Origin: Octopus sinensis
Lineage: Eukaryota
Assembly: GCF_006345805.1 (NCBI RefSeq)
Contig: NC_043000.1
Location: 98,704,001-98,768,000, forward strand
Length of the DNA: 64,000 bases
Reading direction: 5' to 3'
In this document: positions 51,997 to 64,000 of the stretch, in pieces
Numbering within the stretch: the first letter of the stretch is position 1
How the letters are laid out: every line of letters begins with the position of its first letter
The notes under the pieces: generated by a model
Told to the model about the DNA's origin: nothing
Database searches by the model: none
The model's input: the letters and a program-made list of their open reading frames with translations, nothing else
Translations under genes and position numbers: made by a program

Positions 51997-52661
51997 TACA
52001 CACATACGTACACACACACAAATATGTATGTATGCATGCATGTATATACATACATACATACCTACAATCATACGATCATACAAGTTCAGGTAATATTTTG
52101 TCTAATGACCTGATGTAACAGGTGCATACAGTTACTGCTCAAGGTGATTTATCATCTCATTCTCTCCTTGACGATGGAACAGATCGCTACTAAACGCTTT
52201 TACCTCATTTTCTCTCCGAAGATGGAATAGACCACTTCTCTATGGATAGCTTAACTCCGTTTGAGGGGAAATGCAACACATGTGCATCTATTCTTGAAAT
52301 AGCTGCTTACTTCCTTATCTTTATTATGACCTATTCTGTTGTAATAACTCAGCAACTACATTTAAATATATAAGTGCCATAATCTAAACCATTATTAGAT
52401 CATTGTCTGTTTATATTTTCATTCTTCAACAGTATGTGTGTGTTCTTACTAGTACTGGAACAAGGAATTAAAGTTTGAGTATGTGAGCTAATTGCTTACA
52501 TCGGTCTTTGTGTATGTTTTTTAACGACTTGAAAGGATTGAAAGGATAAAATGCAAAGTCGAACTCAGCGAAATTTAAAATCAGAAGTTAACGAGTCGGA
52601 AGAAATGCTGCCAAGCATTTTGCTCATCTTGCGCCTTGTACACACACACACATATATATAT

Positions 52662-52732
<71 letters not shown>

Positions 52733-53008
52733 CGCGTGTAAAGAGAAAGACAGAGAGTGGGGTGGCTGAAAGAGAGAGAGAGAGACAATGAGTAAAAGGG
52801 ATTATTAATGTATCGTTAAGAGTCTTGAGCCTGCATTATATGTGAGTGTATTTCAGTGTGCTTGTATTCGCGTGTGGATCTGTAAATCTATTTGCATACA
52901 AAGAAATGCGCATAATCACAGATGCACAGGCACATGTAGAAGGGTAAATTCCCAAAAGAAATAGATACAATTTATGGACATTCGAGTGTATATATATATA
53001 CACATGGA

Positions 53009-53041
<33 letters not shown>

Positions 53042-53044
53042 TGT

Positions 53045-53420
53045 GTGTATTTTTCTTTGTTGACATTTAACACCGAAAAGATAGATAATTAGTTACCAGG
53101 TAGCAAAAATGATACGAGTAAAAAGGGTGTACCTCCTTGTTTTTAAAGGTAGAAAATCCGGGTTTCCGTGAAATATTTTGTATAATATATATTAATAAAT
53201 GAATGGAGTTAAACGCAGGTGTTATTCAAATTCTTTTACTTCCGACACATGTTTCTAAGATATCACTGTTATTATTCCAAAGGAATAAAATAGTGTAAAA
53301 CAACGTAATCTCTTCAATGTAATGTAAAGGGAAATGAAGAAATGAAACTCGTCAAGAAGACATTTTAAGATAAAATGATGGATATGTATAGTGATTAACA
53401 GAACGCTATAAAGTTTTTTT
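53045..53420 (-). mobile_element. Diverged copy of the HHR-bearing element at 5620-5985
   Basis: Colinear reverse-complement similarity. Decayed HHR TTGAAGA...GAAA-CATGTG-TC at about 53238-53318. Confidence 0.7.
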
Positions 53421-53694
53421 TAGATAAAACGTTAGAGGATATAACGTCAAAGGTAGCCTATAGAAAGAGGAGGGGTAAAGGAAAGATAAAACCAAATAAA
53501 TGAGAAGTATATAACGATATGTAAATTAAATAAAACCCTAAAGACTTCGAAAAAGATATATCTAGTGAATGTGAAATGTAAGAAGAAAATTAATGTTTAA
53601 ATTATATATAATGATAGATATCGCTTATATGAACTAAAGGTATGTTTCTGCCAATATTTACATCGGTATGCACGCTCTATAACTGCGTTTACAA

Positions 53695-53917
53695 CTCTTT
53701 TACTCTTTTACTTGTTTCTGTCATTTGACTGTGGCCATGCTGGAGCACTGCCTTAAGTCGAGCAAATCGACCCCAGGACTTATTCATTGTAAGCCTAGTA
53801 CTTATTCTATCGGTCCCGTTTACCGAGCCGCTAGGTTACGGAGACGTAAACACACCAGCATCGGTTGTCAAGCGATGTTGGGGGGACAAACACAGACACA
53901 CAAACATATACACACAC

Positions 53918-53948
<31 letters not shown>

Positions 53949-54035
53949 CGGAAACTGAAAGAAGCGCGTCGTATATATATATATATATATATATATTCGA
54001 CGGGCTTCTTTCAGTTTCCGTCTGCCAAATCCACT
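53695..54035 (-). mobile_element. SINE family B copy with duplicated/inverted internal segment
   Basis: Tail (CTCTTTTA)2. ACGGAAACTGAAAGAAGC.CGTCG and its reverse complement flank a (TA)n at about 53948-54021. Confidence 0.8.
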
Positions 54036-54199
54036 CTATTCAATCTTTATTTAATGTATAATTTATAATTTATGTCTTGTAAATTTACTTATAGTCAAAT
54101 AATTCTAAACAGTTTATTTTTCTATCTATTTGTAAGTATCACCCTATATTTCAATATCACAAAATAGGAAGAATCTATATATATTTATTAATCCAAATC

Positions 54200-54992
54200 T
54201 TTATTAGATTTCCTATAATATTTAAAGGTTTTATAAAGCATATGCCTATATGTTGAAAGTGCTTCTTATTGACAATTTATTAAATTGTCAGTCAGAATTA
54301 TAAACATAATTCTTATGTTTATATAATAATACATACAGTGATTCTTTCATACAGAGGCGGCAACTATTAGATTTATGCGTGTATGGTATGGCTGAATCTA
54401 TTATAGACCATTCCAATTTATAGTTAATTTTGTTTTTCTTTAGTTTATGTATATATGTAGCTAATGACGTCGTATTGGTGGCTGTATTTGGCTTAAAGGA
54501 GTGTATATGCGCTACAAATCTTTGCTCAAAATTAACGGATCTACCTATATATACCTTACTTTGTGAATTATTAATTAATGTAACTGCATTTGTATATTAC
54601 ATTAAATCTTCTACAATTGCCTTTTAAATGACATAATTTTTTATTTTTACATGAGCAATTCTTATTTTTATTATTATATTTCTGTTCAGCTGAATAGTGT
54701 CTTTAATTTTTATGGTTATTTGTGGTGTGCGGTATTATTTTTGAATATATTGTAGTATTATTTATCGTAGAGTTAGATATATTTATTGCTTTTAAATTAT
54801 TATTTTTATTATTATGAGCTTGTGGTATATTATCTAAGACATTTTGTATATTTTCACATGAATTGTAGTTAGAATTTTGCTTGGGTTTTTTATATCAATA
54901 TTAATTTTAGGTATTCCAGTATTATGAGTATTACATACACTCCTATTCTTAGTTCTTATCTTCTTCTTTTTCTTCTTCTTCTTCTTCTTCTT

Positions 54993-55064
<72 letters not shown>

Positions 55065-56958
55065 GTTATTGTTATTATTATTACGGCTGTTTTAATATTT
55101 GTTAATTATTTTTTTAGAACAGGCTATAATAGATCCTGAGTTTGGTGTTGTAGAGAAGGATATTTTAATCGATGATCTATTAAATATGTGATGATATTTA
55201 TGATTTCTAGGAAAACGTATTTTAACTATATTTAAAAACTTTTTTGCTAGACCCTTAACATTTAATGAAAATGGAGGTGTGTACCAAATGATGTCTCTCC
55301 TTTCACTCCTTTTAGGTAGTTTATTACATTTATATATTGGTTTTGGGATTTGTATATTTTTCATTGAGTATTTATTGTTATTATATTTAGTTCTTTGCCT
55401 ATCATTATTTTTTCTAGTTTTTTATTGTATTGTATAGAAGTTTCTTCATTTTTTTTATTAATTGCATATTATTGTTATATTTAAGGTTATCTATATTTCT
55501 TGTTTTATTATCGCATGTATTTTTGCTTAATTCCATTTGTGCTATGTAAATTTTTAGTTTAGTATCCTTTATGTATTTAATATTTTGTGTGAATCCGCTA
55601 CCAGCTAAAGCCTGATTGTAATAATTTGCCTGATTATTAAAAACTTCTTCATTATAAGATAGGTTAGATATTCTAGTAGATATAATCTTTACAATACTTT
55701 TAAGTAATGATCTATGATGATTTGAATTAATATTTATATATTTAAGATATTCATTCGGTTTGTGAAATGGAGAGTAGGTTGAATTATTAAGGTCTAGGGT
55801 TACGTCTAAAAAATTTGCTTTAGAATAACTTTCCTCAAATGCGATAGATAAGCCAAAATTTTATAACATTTTTGTAGTTCCTCTCTCATTTTTCCTATTT
55901 CTCTTTTAGATCGACGTTCATCTCTATACAATCCTCCCATCAAAGATGGAAAGTAATGTTTAGTCTCATAATAAATATAATCCTACTAGATCTTTGATAT
56001 GTGCCGAATCGGACGATCCCATTGTAATATCAAATAAATTAAATAAACTATTATTACCAGACCGGCACCATAATTTGTCATTGAATTTAATTAGCGTTTT
56101 TCTTACTAATAACATAATATCAATTTCCGATGGTGTAATATCAGTATGATTTTTGCCTAAAATTATAGCTTCATTTAATATAATTGGTGATATTGATGCG
56201 TAATAATTGTTGATGTCAAATTGTAAAAATGACATGTTTGTCTTATTTGGTAATAAATGGAACCAAGTTATTACTTCCCCTGTACTAAACCATAGGTTAT
56301 AATTTAGTCTTTTCTTTAATACAAGTATAAATCTTTCTAAAATGTTCTTACTTATCCATCCGATGTCCGATTTAGTTAGACAAATTAGTCTAATAGTAGG
56401 ATTAATATTAAAATCTAATTGATGGTCTTTCAGATTAAAATGTGGTGTATCTGGAGTATATATTTCCGTGCGGTCTTCGACGTCTAATTTACGCATAATT
56501 ATAGAATGTTCTTTATTTATCATTTCTAAACTTGATGGATTAGTAATTTTATAAGATTTGCATAATTCTTTATGTATAAATTCTAATAGAATATAGATTT
56601 CCTGTTTTATCAGAAAAAAAACGTGTATATAAGGTGATATTATCATATTGCTGACTATCTTAGTAAGATTCTTTTTGTATTTGGAATAAAATGGAGAGAA
56701 TTTTATGGATTTTATCATATCTAATATTGCATTTTCAAAGTCCATTAATAGCGGATTATGCGGAGAGTTTTTATATGATTTAAGTCCATAAGTATTATTC
56801 ATTTGGTCATTTATCGTTCCTTTGTTGTCATAGAAGAATGCTTTCCAACTCATTCGTTTAATTAAGTCATTTGTTTTCTGAAGTAATGCTAATAAATATG
56901 TGTCTTTAGAAGGAATTGGTATATCTTTAAGTGAAATTCCTAGATATTGTTTTCCCAT
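54200..56958 (-). mobile_element. Near full-length decayed Penelope-like element (RT + C-terminal GIY-YIG), possibly Hydra-type clade
   Basis: ORF 55966-56958 (SLKDIPIPS...IKRMSWKAFF...LKDH...RLI...KSDIG...FDINNYYASI...FDITMGS...LVGLYLL); GLYRD next; IIWYTPPFS...IFNRSSIKISFSTTPN; CSCKNKKLCHLKGNC...VIYKC...VYIG (~54500-54657); CRLCMKE (~54345-54363). Confidence 0.85.
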
Positions 56959-56984
56959 GCTTCACGAATTCAGTATTGAGTGCT

Positions 56985-57022
<38 letters not shown>

Positions 57023-57378
57023 CAGAGAGATAGATAGATTATATATAATGTTAATGAACAAATGAACATACTCATCGAAACATATACTGATGTGGAAAGA
57101 TCCGCCAATGGATACAACGTTACATATTTTTGATATATAGATGATTCGTGACAAAGTGATATCAAGCTAAACTGGACTACCATAATTTGCTGTCGCCCTC
57201 TTGGAAATCCACTTTCTTTCCACTAAAGATCGTGTAAGCACGTAAAACATTAGGTCAAATGTCTGGAGCAATTTTAATAGAGGTTTGTGGTAACGTTTAC
57301 TTGAATTATTTACGTATAACACATAGAAAAAAATCTTATATGCACAATACATATATGCATCAATCAATCACTCAGTCC

Positions 57379-57552
<174 letters not shown>

Positions 57553-57721
57553 TATTTAGAAATTATGCATATATAGTTTAAAAACTTCATCAGCAAAGTA
57601 TTTTTTATAATCCTGTAATATATTAAAAATATTTGAAATTACTCTTTTGCATGGAGAAGGAAAAGTGGAAGTGCTGGGTAGGGAAAAGGGAGAGGAATGT
57701 GAGAGTGGAGTAGAGCACTGT

Positions 57722-57938
57722 AATCCTTTCCTACTCTAGGTACAAAGCCCGAAATGTTTGGGGAAGGAGCCAGTCGATTAGATGGACCCTAGTACGCAAC
57801 TGGTACTTAATTTATCTACGCCGGCGTGATGAAAGGCAAAGTCGAGCTCGGTGGAATTCGAACTCAGAACATAAAGACAGACGAAGTACCGCTAAGCATT
57901 TGGCCCGGCGTGCTAACGTTTCTACCAGCTCGTCACCA
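57722..57938 (-). mobile_element. SINE family A copy
   Basis: Complete tail-to-head family A sequence. Confidence 0.85.
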
Positions 57939-58289
57939 GAAGAGCACTGTAATACTACTACAAATAGCTCGACGTTTGACAGATTAAGGTTTAACGTAAC
58001 TACCTTCATTGACAGAGAAGCCTCACAGCATGTGCTATACTCACGTCTTTATATTCAATCTTGAATTTTAGTCTTTTACTTGTTTCAGTCATTGGATTAC
58101 AGCCATAGTGGGGCACCGTTTTGAAATGATTAGTTGAACCAGTCGATCTATGTACATATTGTAAAGCCTGATACTTATTCAATCGGCTTCTTTTGCCAAG
58201 CTGCTATGGACGTAAGCAAAGCAACATCAGTTGTCATGCTGTGTGAAAACAAACACAAGATTACACCTTAATAGATAGAGATTAACTAC

Positions 58290-58870
58290 AGATGTGGTCT
58301 GGCTGCCGAGGTCATGTACTTTCTATGAAGGCCTTTTTGGCGCCCCTGCTCTATCTTTCAGAAGACGAAGCTTCACATCTGCATTGTGTCAGTCACCTCT
58401 GTTCTCCTCTATGGAGCAGAAGCATGGCTCCTCATAAAGCTCTTCGCAAAGAGGATCGGCCACTTCGACAACAGAGACTCGAGAACCTTCTAGAAAATCA
58501 GCAAGTACCATCACGTTTCCGACAAAGAACTACATGCGCGCACGCATCGACCTGCAGCCTCCCACCTCATAGTTAGCCGTCGCATGTGCTGGTACGGACA
58601 TGACCCTCGTCTCCCGCTAGAACATCCTATGGGGGGCTTACTTTCATTCAACGCAGCAGCTGCAGGCTAGAAACGGCCCCGTGGCAAGTCCCGCACCCGA
58701 TGGCTAAACATGGTTATGGAAGATATCCAGGTTCAACGCCATTTTGGAGGATGCAGAAGTGCTGGCACGGGACCGCCAGCGATATGGAGCACTGGTGGAC
58801 CTGGCCGGATCTACGCACGATGACGCCTCTGGGACCACTGAACTGGGATAACCCCAGCTCTAAGGAGCAA
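58290..58870 (+). mobile_element. RTE-clade LINE 3' fragment
   Basis: KTKLHICIVSVTSVLLYGAEAW...RIGHFDNR; RRMCWYGH; KRPRGKSRTRW are typical RTE C-terminal motifs. Confidence 0.8.
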
Positions 58871-59949
58871 GAAACAAAAGCAAGAAGCATATATGTGCGC
58901 GAACACACAGGCATATACACACATACACACGCACACGTTATATGTTTCCGCCTACCAAATTCACTCGCAATGCACTGGCGGCCTAGAACAATTCTAAAGA
59001 CACACACCTAGCTAAGCTGTTACGCAGTGTGACTGCTTGGTTGCGAAACGAACTTCTTAAACCAAAACAGCCATGATGAGTGCGTATTATCGATGGAGGT
59101 ATACTTAAAATTAAGTGGCAATGTGCGTAATGCTGTACAATATAATTCTCTATGAAATGAAAGTTTCATTAAATGGTATTTATTAGTGGCTCTCATAGAA
59201 GGGGAATGATTTAGCAAATATTATGTTCTTAGTTTTAAAACGTCGTGAGTGATTTTAGGGAGATTTCGCAGATTTCCTTCTAAATAGATCTCATCTTCAA
59301 GAGGGCCTCTCGTTCTGTTGTATTTCGCCAATAAGTATAGTGTCTCTATCGTTGTACAATCAAATATACAATGTGTGTGCGTACCCGTGAATTAACTTAT
59401 GCGTATATGTGTATATGTATATACCTACTCGGTAATAAGACACAGTACATCATGATTAGTATATTACATACAGAGGCACACATATTCACATGCACGCATG
59501 TGCCCACTTAACCTACACCCCTAAGTGTGCGTATGTGTAGATCTATGAGATTTTATATAAATATATATTTATATATATATATATATACATACGCATATAA
59601 ATCTACAACTATGTCGATATTTTTTTATCTACATTTATATCTATATATATGTGCGTCTATCTATCTCTTAGTGTCTAACTATATATATATATATATACAC
59701 ATACGCATACATATATATTTGCATACATATATGCATGTATATATATATGCATATATATATATATATATATGCATACATATATATATATATATATATGCAT
59801 ACATATATATATATATGCATATATATACATATATGTGTGGGTGTGTCTGTGTGTATATACACATACACACATGAATATAATCAACAACTGCCTTTATTAT
59901 ATATTTATATAACTACAGGTAATGATTAAATTGATGTACCTCTTCATTT

Positions 59950-60900
59950 CGCAGTTCACAGCCAATGTTATACATGTTGAAGAATCATTTCCATCACACT
60001 TCCTCTAAAACCGCAATTATAGTAAGTTTAATGCTTGTAGACATTTGTTACATAACATGGCTGTGGCATACCACTTCAACATCAATAACAAAATGGGTGC
60101 GAAATAAATAATAATTCAGTGTTTTTTGTTCAAAAGTATCCGTATATACAATAGAAAACATGTCACATGAAAGATTTTATGGTATGATTACGTGTTTATG
60201 CATAATAAACAGTGGTGAAAGATGAAGTATCATACATTAAGACAGCTTTAAAATCTCAGCCAAAGATCAGCAGAAATAAATACAGGTAAGGGCTGTACTT
60301 ATTTGTGAAACCATTACTTTGGTAGCATCATTCAGCCCACGACTTTGACAACATTCTACAACAAATAAACTACAAATGTTTTTTTCAAATCTTCTCTTGA
60401 GTATTATCGAGCTTAATCGACCCATAAATGAACCCCAGATCTTTAGGACTGCGACCAAAGAATTCACTTTAGACTCTAAAGTGATCTCTATCAATAATTA
60501 ATTATCTACGGTTTTCTGATACTTAAGAATCTCTTTCGTGGGTTAACTTATCCAACACATGTCTGCAATTTTGCGTAAAGCTGATGACAAGTCAAGAATC
60601 GACGTCCGTATCAACATCACTGATCATGTGTTCTTGAGAGCCATTCACCGTGAAGTTCACTTTTAGGCAAGCATATGACGTACCAGGTCTATTTGTGGTT
60701 TTTCTAAAAATACAATCACATGTTCTAAATGTTCTGTTCCTGTTGACGCTGGAGTGCGTTTCGTCTAGAGCTTCATTCAAGTTTCCCCTTTGAAAGAATG
60801 CACTTACCTTCATTAAAAGATAGAGGTATTTTGCTTTCCCTCTTAATTTCTTCTGGGTAAAATTGTCGGGATAATAAGTAATTTTTTTCGGGGAGGGGGG
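59950..60900 (-). mobile_element. Very old Penelope-like RT relic
   Basis: Colinear decayed motifs: YLYLLMKV (FYGLPKVH-like), NRPGTS, MISDVD (SFDV-like), GSFMGRLSSII...FE (GxxMGxPLS-like), RGLND (RYVDD-like). Confidence 0.4.
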
Positions 60901-61218
60901 TCATACTTCCAGTCGGTTGTTTTGATTTGTAACATTTGTAAGCGGTGAAATGTTGATGCTAGTGGAATTATCGAATCTGTTTACTCTGTTTTTTCTTTTG
61001 AAGTAACTAAGACAATAGCTCCAGCAATATTATATGAGTGTTGAAACATCTATCTATGGCTTTGGCTATATATTTGATATTTGTTGTTGTACTTTTCAAT
61101 CTGCTTTTTATGTTTATAATAAAAGTTTATGGACAAAATGTAATGTTTATGCAATATACCTGTTTTACATTCTGAAAACAATTTGGTGGCGTAGGTGTTA
61201 CGTTATTGAGAAGGTCGT

Positions 61219-61289
61219 GGGCACATGGCGCAGTGGTTAAGAGCGCGGGCTACTAACCCCAAGATTCCGAGTTCGGTTCCATGCAGTGA

Positions 61290-61342
<53 letters not shown>

Positions 61343-61475
61343 TCGAAAAATACCTTAGGAATGAGAACCCAGGTTCAAAATTTCCTCAAGACACCTGATG
61401 AAAGCTGGAGGGTGTATCAGCCGAAACGTTGTGTTAACAACAAACAAGATGAGGGCAAATATCCATCAAATGTAA
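61219..61475 (+). mobile_element. tRNA-headed element: tRNA-like head, (TAA)n linker, hammerhead-containing tail
   Basis: Head 61219-61292 has A-box TGGCGCAGTGG, anticodon-like arm GCGGG-CTACTAA-CCCCA and B-box GAGTTCGGTTCC. HHR at 61391-61434. Confidence 0.75.
61391..61434 (+). ncRNA. Minimal type-I hammerhead ribozyme motif
   Basis: ACAC-CTGATGA-AA-GCTG-gagggtgtat-CAGC-C-GAAA-CG-TT-GTGT; self-complementary AACGTT stem III. Confidence 0.75.
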
Positions 61476-61477
61476 GA

Positions 61478-61868
61478 GTGGCTGTGTGGTAAGTAGCTTG
61501 CTTACCAACCACATGGTCCTAGGTTCAGTCCCACTGCGTGGCACCTTGGGCAAGTGTCTTCTACTATTGCCTCGAGCCGACCAAAGCCTTGGGAGTGCAT
61601 CTGATATACGGAAACTGGAAGAATCCCGTCGTATATATATATATATGTATATGTATGTGTATGTGTATGTTTGTGTGTCTGTGTTTGTCCCCCCAACATC
61701 GTTTGACAACCGATGCTGGTGTGTTTACCTCTCCGTAACTTAGCAGTTCGACAAAAGACACCAACTGAATAAGTACTAGGTTTGCAAAGAATAAGCTCTG
61801 GGGTCGATTTGCTCGACTAAAGGCAGTGCTCCAGCATGGCCGCAGTCAAATAACTGAAACAAGTAAAA
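61478..61868 (+). mobile_element. Near full-length SINE family B
   Basis: tRNA-like head GTGGCTGTGTGGTAAG...GGTTCAGTCCC, internal (TA)/(TG) tract, tail CTGAAACAAGTAAAA. Confidence 0.85.
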
Positions 61869-62149
61869 TAATATATATAAATATGTTAGAAATCAGTTAC
61901 AGCATTTATTTTTTTTCCTTTATGATAATGTAGTGAAAGAACATCTGTACAACAGCAGATAAATCAGGCGTCAACATCTATCAAATATATCGAACACTTT
62001 TAAATATGTGCGCTTAATCTACATAAATAAATTTATTATTATTATTAAACTAAGAAAATTTTATATTTCACTTGTTACCTCCCTTGTTACTGTTAATAGC
62101 AAACATTTATTTCTCCCGTTGTCATCAACACCTATTTGTGAAATGATGC

Positions 62150-62358
62150 TTTGAAATTTTAGCACAAGGCCAGCAGTATTGGAGGAGGGAGTAAGTCGAT
62201 AACATTGAACTCAGTGCTCAAATGGTACTTCATCTGCTGCGAAAGGATGAAAGACAAAAAATCACCTTCGACAGAATCTGAACGCTGAACGTACCGACAG
62301 ACGAAAGACCACAAAGTATTATGCCCGGCGTACTAACGATTCTACAAGCTCGCCACCT
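62150..62358 (-). mobile_element. Diverged SINE family A copy
   Basis: GCACAAGGCCAGCA...GTAAGTCGAT...GAAAGGATGAAAG...AGCTCGCCACC. Confidence 0.8.
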
Positions 62359-62827
62359 ACCTGTTTATGAAATAATGAAATTAACACAGCATCGCCATCA
62401 AATGTAAATAATAACTCAAAGTAGAATAACATGAAATATTGGCTCAAAATCCCTCAGATCATACATTTTACTATTTTATATAGGGAAGCTTACGTTGGAG
62501 AAATTATTGCTAAGTATATGGAACCATAAGATTATACGGCCATCATAAATTACAAAAGTAAGCGAACGAATATGAAAACAGTAGATTACATGAACATAAC
62601 ATTTCGTTCATAAACCTTTAACAAAAAAGTTCAGTATATTTTCTTTTCTATTTTCAATAATATTTAACAAGTGGTGTATTTCTTGATTTTTTTCACTACA
62701 TACTTATGTGTGTGTCTTCTCGCACGTGTGTGTATATATATAGGTGTGTTTATGTATAACGGTAAAATCATGTATTTTTAAGTAATTGCATTCAAATATA
62801 AAATTATAAAAGTTGTGTATATACCCT

Positions 62828-62905
<78 letters not shown>

Positions 62906-62915
<10 letters not shown>

Positions 62916-63180
62916 TGAGGGTACTACTATTCGTAGATACCACACGCCAAAGAGGGACCAATGCGGTCAAAACTACTAAAATAAGCAAAATTTTACCGAA
63001 TGCAAAACTTTAAAGCAAATCATTTAAAAAAAGAATTTAGTTACAATAGTAATAGTAGTACCCTCAATATAATATAAATAAATATTTTCAAAGTGGAAAA
63101 ATTTACGGATTTTTTCTCTTACGAGGTTTTTCACGCTAACTACTGATAATTTCTTTTAAAGATTTTATCCTCAATTGTTA
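62906..63180. mobile_element. Non-coding element in (TA)n with a 26-bp perfect inverted repeat
   Basis: TATATTATATTGAGGGTACTACTATT (62906-62931) / AATAGTAGTACCCTCAATATAATATA (63051-63076). Unique sequence continues about 100 bp beyond the second arm. Confidence 0.65.
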
Positions 63181-63181
63181 T

Positions 63182-63225
<44 letters not shown>

Positions 63226-63389
63226 ATATAACAGAGATTTAAAATCAAATATAGAAGCTGATGAAATAACAAGAGTAGGTGATTTTGATAAAGAAAATAA
63301 TTAATTGAACAATTATAAATCAAACAAAAGGAAAAAAAACGCAAGATTGTTGATATCCGGGTTAAAAATTCTCCTAATGTTAATAGAAA

Positions 63390-64000
63390 TGAGAGCAATT
63401 CAAAAATATTTTCCAAGCAATCACAGATATAACAAAATGTTTAATAGACATAGGATTAGATGGGCTTTTTGCCTTAGCAAAAACATTATAAATAATGTTA
63501 AAATAATATTGAAATTTCAAAAAAGTTATTATAATCAGAATAGTGTAGTAAATATAAAGCATAATAACCTCAAACAGAATTAAAAAAAAAAAAAACTCAA
63601 ATAGAAGGGAATGCTAGGGATTTAAATGTCATGGAAAAGAGACAACTCAATTTTACATAGTTAATACCGTCAAATAGAATAAAAGTTCTGCTAGAATAAG
63701 AACAAAGACAACGTTAGCAAAAAGAGTAAATAGAAATAAAGAACTTGATGGAAATGAATTTAATTCCACAATAAATGATAAAATTAAAACTAAATCTGTG
63801 AGGAATATAAAATATTATATTTGCAATTGTTCTATACGGTAATCCTGTTATTTGGAAAATAAGGTTAAGACTAAAAATGTAATATATGGATGTAAAGTAC
63901 ATCTGAGGGTAAAGAATTCTTTAACATCGGTGGGACATCATTAATTTTCAAAAGGAGGCTGACAAATCATTTGAGTTCATTAAAAAACAAAAATAAATGG
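63390..64000 (+). mobile_element. Penelope-like fragment related to the 54200-56958 element
   Basis: KYFPSNHRYNKMFNRHRI parallels RFPRNHKYHHIFNRSSI. CNC...CYLENK..TKNVIYGCKV...NIG (GIY-YIG) at about 63822-63935. Confidence 0.7.

Noticed and set aside
57083-57128. CTGATG...ATCC/GGAT...AACGTT hammerhead-like remnant
   Set aside because: GAAA core absent; too decayed to call.
60808-60852. Candidate 45-nt minus-strand exon with a perfect AAG|GTAAGT donor
   Set aside because: Weak polypyrimidine tract, no partner exons, and it lies within an apparent decayed Penelope RT. It cannot be supported without RNA-seq.
61219-61292. Functional tRNA gene (anticodon ACT)
   Set aside because: Acceptor and T stems are mismatched and there is no poly-T terminator. 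Better explained as a SINE-type head.

Overview
AT-rich, microsatellite-dense eukaryotic DNA made up almost entirely of transposon remnants. The repeat families resemble those of octopus or other coleoid cephalopods (inference from pattern recognition, not a database result). No host protein-coding gene is supported, and most short ORFs are microsatellite translations or antisense shadows. Recognisable content: (i) R4/Dong-type LINEs (RT-CCHC-restriction-like endonuclease) sitting in (TAA)n tracts, the longest at 30085-33160; (ii) a Tx1/L1-type LINE (ORF1 zinc knuckle, APE-RT ORF2) at about 16480-20500 plus an older relic beside it; (iii) several Penelope-like elements (RT + GIY-YIG); (iv) Helitron, mariner/MITE and RTE fragments; (v) three tRNA-headed SINE families. 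The most interesting signal is non-coding: about ten minimal type-I hammerhead ribozyme (HHR) motifs, several of them mutated, in short modules mostly next to (TA)n/(TAA)n. They include one fused to a tRNA-like Pol III head (61219-61475), an inverted pair in a perfect 330-bp palindrome (47243-47572), and a pair with a non-canonical core and a compensatory stem change (38455-38497 and 27050-27092). Coordinates of degenerate elements are approximate, and all alignments and folds were done by eye.
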